From assembly GCF_006345805.1 (NCBI RefSeq), contig NC_043005.1, positions 109,306,001 through 109,370,000 on the forward strand: a stretch of DNA of 64,000 bases, read 5' to 3'. Both the position numbers and the translations under genes were made by a program. Positions 52,676 through 64,000 of this stretch are shown in pieces. The stretch comes from Octopus sinensis. Its lineage: Eukaryota. Position 1 is the first letter of the stretch; the number at the start of each line of letters is the position of its first letter. The notes below the pieces were generated by a model. The model was not told the origin of the DNA, ran no database searches, and worked only from the letters and a program-made list of their open reading frames with translations.

Positions 52676-53719
52676 ATTTTTTTTTACTGTCAAATCTGAC
52701 CACCAGAATGTGACATGAAAGTTCAGACTAAGCTTGTGAGTAAAAACTCAAGTAAAAATAAAATATGTTAGGACTGGAAGAAACCAGCAATGCAGTTGTG
52801 AAAAATTCATACATCATTTATATCAAAATCACCAAGAAACATTATAAATTTTAGATGATATCAAAAATGCCAACTCCTTTAATGCATGTGAAAATGCATC
52901 AGAAAGAAATGTACCAAAAGTAGAAAAGTAAAACTACTGAATCCCATAGGAAAGCAAGGAAATAATTAAGATAAAAGAAGGAAGCCTAAAAAGCAACATA
53001 TAAAATAAGTAATCTCATGAGAGTTAATGAAACAATAGCGGAAAATGTAAAACAACTAGACGAAACTTAGAAACAAGAACTTAGAGTTGTCTTCAGTAAA
53101 ATTTAAATGTAATCCAAAATATTTCAAAAGCTTTCTATTGCGTGTACAGCTGTGAATGAAATAACAGTGAAAAAGAAAACCAACAGAGGAAAACTAATAG
53201 CAAACAATCCCAAGGACCAAATTAAAAAATGGAATGAGTTCTTTCTCTAACCCACTTGGACAGCTACCAGGCACCATGAAGTAACCTTTCATTAATTATG
53301 TAAAAGATAGATTCAAATGGCTTTTCCAGAGAAGAACCAAAGAATTGTATCAAGTTCTTCAAATAGCAAGGCATTAAGTCTTGACAATATACCTGTGAAA
53401 ATATGGAAAACAAGACCACTTTGGGTCCATTAATTGAAGTATGTAATACAACCTTCACCCAAGACAAGGCTGTTATTTTAGGAGAAAATGGTCCTCTATC
53501 AAACCTAAAAGAAAGGATATCTGGATATGCCTTACTCTATTGGTTATTGTTACAAAAATCTACAACAAAATGTTATTTTTGAGAATACATCTCCTATGCT
53601 AAAAGTCAATCAAAATGGTTTTCATTCAAGACAATTTACATTATTCAAAATTCTTACAATGTGAAGGCAAGAATTCTACCAGTATTAAGACTGGCAGAGC
53701 TTATACAGATGATTAGCTC

Positions 53720-54108
53720 TTACTGGAAGCACTCCGTCGGTTACGACGACGAGGGTTCCGGTTGATCCGAATCAACAGAACAGCCTGCTCATGAAATTAA
53801 CGTGTAAGTGGCTGAGCACTCCACAGACACGTGTACCCTTAACGTAGTTCTTGGGGATATTCAGCGTGACACAGAGAGTGACAAGGCCGGCCCTTTGAAA
53901 TACAGGTACAACAGAAACAGGAAGTAAGAGTGAGAGAAAGTTGTGGTGAAAGAGTACAGCAGGGATCACCACCATCCCCTGCCAGAGCCTCATGGAGCTT
54001 TAGGTGTTTTCGCTCAATAAACACTCACAACGCCCGGTCTTGGAATCGAAACCGCGATCCTTCAACCGCGAGTCCGCTGCCCTAACCACTGGGCCATTGT
54101 GCCTCCAC
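53720..54108 (-). mobile_element. tRNA-headed SINE family B, full length
   Basis: Minus gtggaggcacaatggcccagtggttagggcagcggactc...ggtttcgattccaag (A/B boxes); CpG-rich body. Confidence 0.85.
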
Positions 54109-54477
54109 AAGCTCTTACTACAAATACTATCAAGGAAATTCAATCCTTCTTCAACAAGTTGAGGAAACTTCAAAACAGATTGGATGACATGATATTGATG
54201 ATAAGACTGAGTCTATGGTTTTCAATCAGCCAAAGAGCACATTAAATCAACAAAGGGGTCAAAACTTGAAATGTGTAAATGACTTCAAATGATTTGGATC
54301 AAGGATACTGTTGTGATGAGAGTTACGATGCCCCCTTGTGCGAGATAAACTGGTCCAAGTAAAGTATGAATACTAACGATCTGAGTGAGTTCAGGGTTCT
54401 GAGTTCGGAATTGAGTGAACTTCATATTAGTTCGCAATGAAGTTGGAAGGTGTTGGTTGGTTAGTTCACAAGGGATA

Positions 54478-54828
54478 TTGATTGTTCCTTACTGGCACTT
54501 GTGCCCGTGCTAGTAGGTTGCCAAGAGCACCATCTGAGTGTGATCATTACCAATGTCTCCTTACTGGCACCTGTGCTGGTGGCACGTGTAAAAGGATTCA
54601 AGCGAAGTCGTTGCCAGTACTGCCTGACTGGCCCCCGTCACAGTGGCATGTAAAAAGCACCCACTACATTCTCGGAGTGGTTGGCGTTAGGAAGGGCATC
54701 CAGCTGTAGAAACTCTGCCAAATCAAGATTGGAGACTGGTGCAACCATCTGGTTCACCAGCCCTCAGTCAAAATTGTCCAACCCATGCTAGCATGGAAAG
54801 CGGACGTTAAACGATGATGATGATGATG
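54478..54828 (+). mobile_element. RTE family R 3' UTR
   Basis: Units, terminal block and (GAT)n. Confidence 0.9.
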
Positions 54829-55180
54829 TCCATAAAGGGATTTGTTAGTTCATTACATCGTCTTTTACTGTTGTCTGGTTATCTTATTTATTGTACATAA
54901 CAAGTTACATTGCAACAGATACAAAGCTGGAAGGGAGACAGCACAGTAAAAACTGAATTGACATAGCGATGAACAAGATATCTGCAATATGGAAGTCAAA
55001 CTTTTACAATGAATTCAATATACAGTTTTTTTAAAACTGCTGTTGTAAGCATGTTGATTTATACAACTGAATGCTGGACAATTTTAAAAGTAATACAAAG
55101 TAGACTAAACTGATCAAATACCAAGATGTTAAAAAGGGTGGCGAATGTTTCTTGGGAGCAAAGTTCCTCAACCAGTGTAT

Positions 55181-55687
55181 TACTGTAAATCCTCGAGTAT
55201 AATCTGCATTTTTTCCCCAAAATTTAAAGATCAAAATCCCTAGTGCATACTATATACGAGGTTAAAAATGAAAAATATTTTCTAAGCAATGTGCGAGTCT
55301 CTGTTTGCTGTCCGGCAATGTTTATTCAGACGCATTTCGTGATGCCGGGTGTGAAAATACCTTAAACTAAGCCTGAAATCAATGAAGTCATAAAAGACCC
55401 ATCTATAACTTGCAGTAAGCAACATTTATTAAACGTTATTTCTTTATTTTCTGCAAACAAAATGCCCAAAAAAGCTACACTTTTGTATTATGTTATATAT
55501 ACAATAATAATAAAGGACGTTTCCGTATACATTTTTACAAACCAAGGACGTTATATAGACCTCCTTGACTCAAGTTAGAGAAGGAGTGTGTATTATACAC
55601 AAGGTTTAGGTTTTTCAGAGAAACAGCTCCCTAAAAATCCCCTGAGTATTATACTCAAGAGCGGACTATACTCGAGGATTTACAGTA
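55181..55687. mobile_element. Tc2/pogo-type MITE
   Basis: TIRs tactgtaaatcctcgagtata / tatactcgaggatttacagta; no ORF. Confidence 0.8.
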
Positions 55688-55924
55688 TATGGAAATATAC
55701 CATTATTAACTGGAACCATTTTACTATGCAGACTTAAATCTCTTAGACACTTGGAAAAGAAAAGGTGAAGTTGTATACCAACTATTATATGATAAAAGAA
55801 GAACATATGCAATAGTTACTGGAATACACAAATCTTGGAAAAAAAGAAACTGTGTTAGAAAGACTGCACAGGACAAGGAAGTGTGGAGGAGATTGGTTAA
55901 TGGAATCCAATTGTTTCAGCATGA

Positions 55925-56342
55925 TACTCTTACTCTTACTCTTTTACTCTTTTCAGTCATTTTACTGTGGCCATGCTGGAGCACTGCCTTTAGTCGAGAA
56001 AATCAACCCCCAGGACTTATTCTTTGTAAGCCTAGTACTTATTCTATTGGTCTCTTGTGCCGAACCGTTAAGTACAGGGACGTAAACACACCAGCATTGA
56101 TTGTCAAGCGATGTTGGGGGGACAAACACAGACACACAAACATATACACACACACATATATATATATATACATATATACGACGGGCTTCTTTCAGTTTCC
56201 GTCAACCAAATCTACTCACAAGGCTTTGGTCAGTCCGAGGCTATAGTAGAAGACACTTGCCCAAGGTGCCATGCAGTGGGACTGAACCCGGAATCATGTA
56301 GTTGTTAAGCAAGCTACTTACCACACAGCCACTCCTACGCCT
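55925..56342 (-). mobile_element. SINE family A, full length
   Basis: Same architecture as the other family A copies. Confidence 0.9.
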
Positions 56343-56778
56343 ATGATGTATATTTGAAATTTATTTATTCATATATGATAAATATGAGATCCAAGGATCA
56401 AGTTGTAGCAAGAAGGTGAGTTTCAAGCAATCCATAAAAAATATAAAAATCAACTTCCAGGAACAATAATGGTTTATTGAGGAGGAAGCTTGTGGATTTT
56501 TTCCATTGTAAAGTATGATGAGCTGAAAAAAATTATTTCATATTTCACGGTAGGCAACCAGGTATGCAAATAAGATGCAAGAGTTAAGGAATGGAGAAGA
56601 TAATATTCAGGCTAAATATCTATCATAGCGAGCCAGAGCCTTGGAAGTGGTAAATATCCATGCAAGGTGTATACCACAGGCTACCCTTTGGGGCAACAGT
56701 ATCTTGAAGTGAGGTTTACATTGTCGCAAGGAGGTACATGTCAACATACAGAAGATATATATATGTATAAATATATAT

Positions 56779-56898
56779 ATCACCGTGATCACCGTGACCG
56801 ACCAGGCTATCAGATATTGTTACACATCGCTGGTCACAATGCACTTCGCATTGTTTCAGCCTTCAAATGACGCCACCCCGCTGGCTAAGCGAGCAGGC
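56779..56898 (+). mobile_element. Short CpG-rich repeat fragment in (TA)n
   Basis: atcaccgtgatcaccgtgaccgacc...gcaggcc; related stub atcaccttgatcaccttgac at about 50189. Confidence 0.5.
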
Positions 56899-57309
56899 CG
56901 ATATATATATATACATTTAAAAAATTAAATAAGGTTAGAAATTGATATTAATCAATTAAAACCAGGGGCCTAGCATATTTAAAAAAATCCAAAGATTAAA
57001 TTTGTTTTTTTTTATATATACAAAATTTAGAGGATTGACCACTAAAAGTGGACAGCCTGTATGCTAGATATAGACGCCAAAATCGCCATTATCCACGAAG
57101 AATATGTTCTCAAGTGGTCAATCCTCTAAATTTTGTATATATATATATATATATATATTATATTGTGTGAAATTTGATTTAGTATTTCTAAATTGAATTT
57201 TTTTCCTTGTACGTTTTGGATTTTATTCCTTCAAATATTAGTAATTATATATACATATATATATATACATACATATATACATACATATATATATACATAT
57301 ATACATACA

Positions 57310-57352
<43 letters not shown>

Positions 57353-58044
57353 GTATACATGCACACACACACATATATACTTCAAAAGTTTGATCTGAAA
57401 TCATAATATAAATATATACCATCATCATCATTACTGCAAACATCAACAGTAATGATCCTTTCTCACTCTTGTCTCCTCTACCCCCTGCCCACAGTCATAA
57501 CCATATTGACAATAATAACAACTGGAATATCAACAACCAGTAACAACAACAACAGCAACAAGAACAACAACAACAAGAACAATGACAACGAATGAAACAT
57601 AGTAACGGTAGTGACAGTGAGCTGATAGTCCACACTTGTACCATCACGACACCACCCGCACCTCCATCACAACTACCACCAAAGCCACCACTGACCATCA
57701 CTTTCATTATGGCCATCACCCACCACCACCACCACCACCACTGCCCCTTTTTCCCATTGACAACACACCACAATCATCATTATGTATATATTTAAACCAA
57801 TTAGTTGAAAGTCTCACGGACTGGCCATAATGTAGACTTCATCTCTGGAACTCCTCCCCTCTTCCCTTCACCCCCTCCCTCCTATATTACTGACTGTCCA
57901 TATCAATTAGCTGACTTCCTGCCTCTGTTCCATAGTGTCACCATTGATAATTGGTTTAACATAAGCCATAGTCTTCAGTGATGGCACCAGTTCTTTACCT
58001 ATGTGGATGGACTCGTGTCAATATGCGTGCATAGGCACATATGC

Positions 58045-58111
<67 letters not shown>

Positions 58112-58308
58112 TGCATGTAAGTACGTATGTATGTATATATATGTGTACATGTGTGTGTTTGTGGATAGCTAGATAGACAGATAGACAGAGAGATGGATAG
58201 AGAGATAATTACATACATACGTATATACACACACATACATACATACATACATACATACATAAAAGCATATGAATGATATATATATGTATGTATATGTATA
58301 TATATATG

Positions 58309-58343
<35 letters not shown>

Positions 58344-58434
58344 ATACATACACATATATATATATATATATACATATAGCTATATATATATATGTATATG
58401 TATGTATGTATATGTATATATATATATGCATATA

Positions 58435-59277
58435 CATCATCATCATCATCATCATCATTGTTCGACCGTGGTCGAGACAATGGAATTTACCATGTTGCGC
58501 CAGACTTCACGGTCCATCATAGCATTACGGAGGTCCTGTTGCTGGATGCCTGTATCCCTGGAGATTACATCAGGGTAGGAGAGTGTGCGCCCTCTGGTGT
58601 TGCGAGTAGATGGCTTCCAGAGGAGAAGAGTAGAAATTACTTCTTTTTCAGCTCTACAACAATGTCCAGCAAACTGGACTCTCCTACCTTTCACAAGAGA
58701 TGACACAGGTGGTAGTTTCCCATATATTTGCATTTTGGTTGGATGGCGCCTCCACGAGAGATTTTGAGCTCTCATAAGGAGGCGAGTGTAGGTTCCTCTC
58801 AACCGCTTCTTTGATAACGTCCAGGTTTCTGAGCCATATAGTAGGATTGGTTCGACTGTGGCTTTGAATATTTCAAGTTTGAAGTCTCTACTTAGATTTG
58901 ATGACCAGATCTTATGCATGTCATTACAGGCTGACCAGGCCATACCCTTTCTAGTTAGAAAGTCTTTCCCAGATGATGATATGTATGACCCAAGATATTT
59001 GTAATCAGAAACCATATTTAAAGGCGCACTGTTGAGAGTGTGGATGATGCAATCACTGTTGGACAGGCACTTGTTTATGTATTCAGTTTTGGCCTCATTG
59101 AGGTAAAGACCTACACAATTTGAGGCTTGTTCAAGAGATTGTAAAAGAGACTGGGCATTGGAGAGAGAATCACTGATAAGAGCGATGTCGTCAGCAAAGT
59201 CAGTGTCTGTCAAGTACTCAGCTGGGTGTCTGGAACTTCTTCTTGGTTTTATTTCAAAGCCCTTGCCAGAGATGGCA
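58435..59277 (-). mobile_element. Young 5'-truncated RTE LINE (family T), copy 1
   Basis: Open frame with RT motif TDTDFADDIALI, KYLGS, LLYGSETW, QFAGHC; (TGA)n tail; 9-bp TSD gcatataca (58428-36, 59275-83). Confidence 0.95.
58455..59277 (-). pseudogene. RTE ORF C-terminal RT/thumb region
   Basis: ORF-track 58455..59336; the first about 20 aa are microsatellite; 9-nt in-frame deletion relative to copy 2. Confidence 0.9.
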
Positions 59278-60020
59278 TATACACATACACATATACACAT
59301 ATACATGAATGCACATTTTAGTAAGTATGTAAGCATATATGGGAAACCTGTACTTTTACATGTGCTTGTGTCTCACTGTATGTATGTGTGTTTGTATGTT
59401 TATGTCTGTGTGTGTAGCGAACTCTGTGGCACGGCTGTTAAGCTTCTAACACACCAGCTTACAGGGTTCAATCCTCTGCCAGTCATACCAATTTCATTTA
59501 CTAACATTGGGAACTCATAAAGAGAGGCATGAGTCTCACAACTTCCAAACTCATCACCTTGTCAATGAGGTTGATCATCCATCTAATTTTTTGTTTATGT
59601 CAGTGTTGTTGTCATCGCCACTAACATTGTCGTCATCACCATCTTTGTCATAGTCACTGTCATCGTTGCCATCACTGACCATCACTTTCATTATGGCCAT
59701 CACCCACCACCACCATTACGGTCCTCTTCACTGTCATCATCACGGCCATCATCATCATCATCACTGCTATTGCCGTTGTCATTAGCATCATCACTGTCAT
59801 CATCATCATCATCATCACCGTCATCGTTGTCATCGTCACTATCATTATCATCACTGTCATCATTATCATCGTTATTGACAACATCATCACCATCACTGTC
59901 ATTGCTGTCATCATTGTCGTTGTCATTGACATCATTGTTGTCATCATCATCATCATCACTGTCTTCATCGTCATCATCATCGTCATTACCATCACTATTT
60001 GGCAGCTTCTAAGATGTAGT

Positions 60021-60143
60021 TCAGCACAGTGCACCAGGAATCTCTGTGTCCTGTGGCTTTTGCAGATCTTCAATTTGGGAATCTGAGCGAGGAATATGTT
60101 GAATAAAATCATAATCAACTGATCCTCCTGTATCTTCTTTTAC
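60021..60143 (-). CDS. Candidate terminal coding exon of an unknown host gene
   Basis: ttcctggttttag acceptor then VKEDTGGSVDYDFIQHIPRSDSQIEDLQKPQDTEIPGALC*; no homology recognised. Confidence 0.25.
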   Translation of the reverse strand, partial: VKEDTGGSVDYDFIQHIPRSDSQIEDLQKPQDTEIPGALC

Positions 60144-60174
60144 CTAAAACCAGGAAATTTTCAGCACCCCTTCA

Positions 60175-60325
60175 CAGCTGGCTTCTGCAACACATGCAGC
60201 TGCCTTCTACCACAAGCACAACTAACTTCTACCAGTGCAGCCTGTTTCTTTAACAAGTGCAGCTGACTTCTACAAAAAATGCAGCTGGCTTCTGTAACAA
60301 GTACAGCTAACTTCAAGAATAAGCG
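60175..60325. repeat. Degenerate 22-bp minisatellite (about 7 units)
   Basis: Consensus near tgcagctggcttctgtaacaag. Confidence 0.7.
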
Positions 60326-60452
60326 AAGTTACTTTGCACGAAAATTGATAAGTTTGAAAACTAATCCATGTCCAATCACCAAGAATATAACAGAAGTCAA
60401 ATATCCTGTAACAAGAAGGAAAATTATATAATATTCATGTTATTGTAAATGT

Positions 60453-61084
60453 TGTCCAACAGTGATTGCGTCATCCATACTCTCAACAATGCACCCTTAA
60501 ATATGGTTTCTGATTACAAATATCTTGGGTCATACATATCATCATCTGGAAAAGATTTTCTAACTAGAAAGGGTATGGCCTGGTCAGCCTGTAATGACAT
60601 GCATAAGATCTGGTCATCAAATCTAAGTAGAGACTTCAAACTTGAAATCTTCAAAGCCACAGTCGAACCAATTCTACTATATGGCTCAGAAACCTGGACG
60701 TTATCAAAGAAGCTTGAAAGGCGGTTGCATGGAACCTACACTCACCTCCTTATGAGAGCTCAAAATCTCTCGTGGAGGCGTCATCCAACCAAAATGCAAA
60801 TATATGGGAAATTACCACCTGTGTCATCTCTTGTGAAAGGTAGAAGAGTCCAGTTTGCTGGACATTGTTGTAGAGCTGAAAACGAGGCAATTTCTACTCT
60901 TCTGCTCTGGAAGCCATCTACTTGCAATACCAGAGGGCGCACACTCTCCTACCCTGATGTAATCTCCAGGATTCAGGCATCCAGCAACAGGACCTCCGTA
61001 ATGCTATGATGGACCGTGAAGTCTGGCGTAGCATGGTAAATTCCACTGTCTCGACCACGGTAGAACAATGATGATGATGATGAT
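60453..61084 (+). mobile_element. Young 5'-truncated RTE LINE (family T), copy 2
   Basis: Reverse complement of 58435-59065 at an estimated mid-90s percent identity; 1-bp frameshift near 60970; (TGA)n tail. Confidence 0.95.
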
Positions 61085-61283
61085 ATATTTGCTGAATCAT
61101 GTGACTCGATCCTCTGGTCACATGAACAGGGCTTAGCAGCTTGAAGTAGGGGTTTGGGTATGCAGTTGATTAAGGTTTTCTGTGGTTCAGAACATTTTTG
61201 GCTAATGTAACTTTGCATGAATAAATGCTGTACAGAAGGACTACATTATGAGACTTGAATGGGCACATTACAGGACTCTGTAT

Positions 61284-61495
61284 TCATCATCATCGTTTAA
61301 CGTCCGTTTTCCATGCTAGCATGGGTTGGATGCTTCGACCGGGGTCTGGGAAGCCATGGAGGCTGCACCAGGCTCCAGTCTGATCTGGCAGTGTTTCTAC
61401 AGCTGGATGCCCTTCCTAACGCCAACCATTCCGTGAGTGTAGTGGGTGCTTTTTACGTCCCACTGGCACAGGTGCCAGGGGAGGCTGGCAGCAGC
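61284..61495 (-). mobile_element. RTE family R 3' end
   Basis: catcatcgtttaacgtccgttttccatgctagcatggg. Confidence 0.9.
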
Positions 61496-61499
61496 CAGA

Positions 61500-62310
61500 T
61501 GATAATGATGATGGTGGTGGTGGTAGCGGTGGCAGCAGTGGTGGTGATGGTGGCAGCAGCAGTGGTGATGATCTTTGTGATGGTGGTGGTGGTGGTGGTC
61601 GTCGTCGTCGTGGTATTGGCAGTGGTGATGGTTGTTGTCATGGTAATAACAGTGGTACTAGTGCTGTTGCTACTGCTATTCGCGTTGTTGTAGTGTAAAT
61701 TGCAGTTGTTGTTGTTGCTGCTTAGTCCTGATCTAGTATAATTCAAGGTATTCCAACCATGCCCATCCTTTCTTTGTTTAGGGGTAATTTACCTAATGCA
61801 GCCTTCCATACTTCCGATTATAAAGTGTAAGTTGAAAGAGATTTGGCTGCTATTTCGAGCAGGCTACCTTGTTAGTATGGGTTTTGCTGCTGCTGGTGGT
61901 CGTGTAGGTGGTGAGAAGGTGATATTTGGGTTCTAGTGTTTTTGGTGGTGGTAGTGGGAGCAAAATGTTGTTGCTGGTGTTGTTGCTGTTGCTAGCAGTG
62001 GTGGTTGTAGTGTTGGTAGTAGTACCAGTAAGAATGGGGTGTGTTGCTGCTGCACCTACTGCTGTTCTTGTCATTGCTGTTGTTGCTGTCATTGTTGTTA
62101 GTGGCAGCACTGGTGAAGGTAGTGGTTGTGATGGTGGTGGTGGTGGTGGGGTTATGTCGAAGGTGGTGGTAGTAGTGGTAGTGAAGGTAGTGTTAGCAGT
62201 GACAGTGGTGGTCGTCATCATCATCATTGTCATCATTCTCATCACTGTTCTAATGCTATAACTCATGGTAGTGGTAGAGGTGTTAATTCAAAGAGAGCTA
62301 GTAGCAATAA

Positions 62311-62344
<34 letters not shown>

Positions 62345-62600
62345 TGTAGTAGTAGTAGTCGTGGTCGTTGTCGTTGTCGTCGTAGTGGTAGTAGTGGTAG
62401 TAGTAGTAGTCGTGGTTGTGGTCGTCATCGTTGTCGTAGTAGTAGTTGTTGTAGTAGTAGTAGTAGCAGTAGTAGTAGTAGTAGTAGTAATGGTCATGGT
62501 CGTCGTCGTTGGCGTAGTAGTAGTAGTGGTCGTTGTCGTCGTCATCGTCGTCGTCGTCGTAGTAGTAGTAGTAGTAACAGCAGCAGCAGTAGTAGTCCTT
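61500..62600. repeat. (GGT/GTA/GTC)n low-complexity tract
   Basis: Directly visible; source of the poly-Val/poly-Thr ORFs. Confidence 0.95.
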
Positions 62601-62916
62601 CTTGAAATTAAGGTTGATGTTGGGGCATTGTTTACTTGTAAAGGGTGTTTGCGAACACTGGTGTTCATTGCCCTAGCTGTAACAATACACAAATTATTAG
62701 TGGCGGTGGTGGTGGTGGGAAGACGGCTGGCGGAGGGTGATGAGGTTTAATGGAGAGAAGTCGTGCATTTTTTATCATTTCTCTTATCGAAAAATTGTTA
62801 ATGAGAATTCAATAACAGCATACAAGGATAATATAATGCATTCTTGTAGTTTTCTTTCAGGAGTTTTCTGCTATAAGACTGGCAAAAATCCCATACAATA
62901 ATCTAGGGCACATTAC

Positions 62917-62994
62917 CTGTGGGAATTCACTACCAACAACTTCAAACACTAACCAATACCAGCGCTGTTGAGGTTTTAATTGCACTGAATACTT
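62917..62994 (-). CDS. Candidate 78-nt phase-0 internal exon
   Basis: ctgat...ttggtctcag acceptor, KYSVQLKPQQRWYWLVFEVVGSEFPQ, donor CAG|gtaatg; in frame with 60143-60021. Confidence 0.25.
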
Positions 62995-63306
62995 CTGAGA
63001 CCAACATAGCAATCAGATTTGTGTCTGAAACTGGGAGAACATTAGTTTAAAATTAGGTTTTAACCTATATTCAATCAACTTGAATATGTCTCAAAGTCAG
63101 AACTGGTGAAGATTAACTCTTTGGCAATGGAAGGTAAGAAATAATAAAAGAAACGCCTACCCAATCTCTAACCACTCCCCCCACACACACACACTTACTT
63201 GTACACATATATACATTATATATATATATATATATTTATTTATTTATATATACACACATACATATATATATATGTACATATATGCATACACATATATGTA
63301 CATATA

Positions 63307-63344
<38 letters not shown>

Positions 63345-63386
63345 TATACATACATATATAAATATGTATATGTATGTGTATATATA

Positions 63387-63435
<49 letters not shown>

Positions 63436-63812
63436 TATACTTATACATATATATATACATATACATATATAGATATATATATATACATATATACATATAT
63501 ATAATATACACACATTTATACACACAAATGCACACATGCATACATACACACATACATGCATACAAACATACATACATACATACATACATACATGCATACA
63601 AACATACATACATACATACAAATATACATACATACATACATACATACATACATACATACATACATACATGCATACATACATACATACATACATACATACA
63701 TACATGCATGCATGCATGCATGCATATCAGTGCCTGTATTCACTACAAAACATGATGATATCACATTCTGTTTGCTTCTGATTAAATTGGCTGAAAAATA
63801 ACAATGAAAGAA

Positions 63813-63856
<44 letters not shown>

Positions 63857-64000
63857 GAGAGATAAAGATATTGAAAAACACAAACACAAACATCATGAAA
63901 AGAAGAAAGAGAATGAAAGAAAGAAATTATAAAAAAAAAAAAAAGAAAATTTCTTTAGGTTTGTTCATTGTTTTGTTGTTGTTGTTGTATTCTTCCTTGT

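Larger units (their letters stand above)
52230..54310 (+). pseudogene. Old degraded RTE LINE (APE endonuclease end + RT), interrupted by younger insertions
   Basis: QMDHILINK (about 52327), VKSDHQ (about 52690), LDNIPVKIWK / LIEVCNTTF / NQNGF (53390-53620), VNDFK (about 54280); many stops and frameshifts. Confidence 0.75.

Noticed and set aside
53990-54108. tRNA genes (also the heads at 16684, 23267 and 24241)
   Set aside because: A/B boxes are present but there is no complete cloverleaf, and each continues into a repeated SINE body.

Overview
Repeat-saturated, AT-rich eukaryotic intronic/intergenic DNA. The SINE/RTE families and extreme (TA)n/(TATG)n/(AAT)n/(CAT)n/(ACC)n load are typical of coleoid cephalopod (Octopus-like) genomes; this is an inference, not a database match. 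There is no confidently callable host gene, and nearly all ORF-track entries are microsatellite artefacts. Real coding remnants are all from transposons: an Hsmar1-like mariner N-terminus, a maT/DD37D-like Tc1-mariner, several RTE LINE pieces (two young inverted copies, one older endonuclease+RT copy, and a second RTE family with a structured tandem-repeat 3' UTR) and a short Penelope-like (PLE) RT remnant. At least four tRNA-headed SINE families and piggyBac-, Tc2- and Helitron-type non-autonomous elements are present. The most striking signal is a set of fold-back (palindromic) elements sitting in (TA)n tracts that carry about a dozen minimal type-I hammerhead ribozyme motifs. These include a covarying U3:A8 core and a recurrent U4C core, and are consistent with PLE-derived, ribozyme-bearing non-autonomous retroelements. 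All alignments and folds were done by eye, and element boundaries are approximate.
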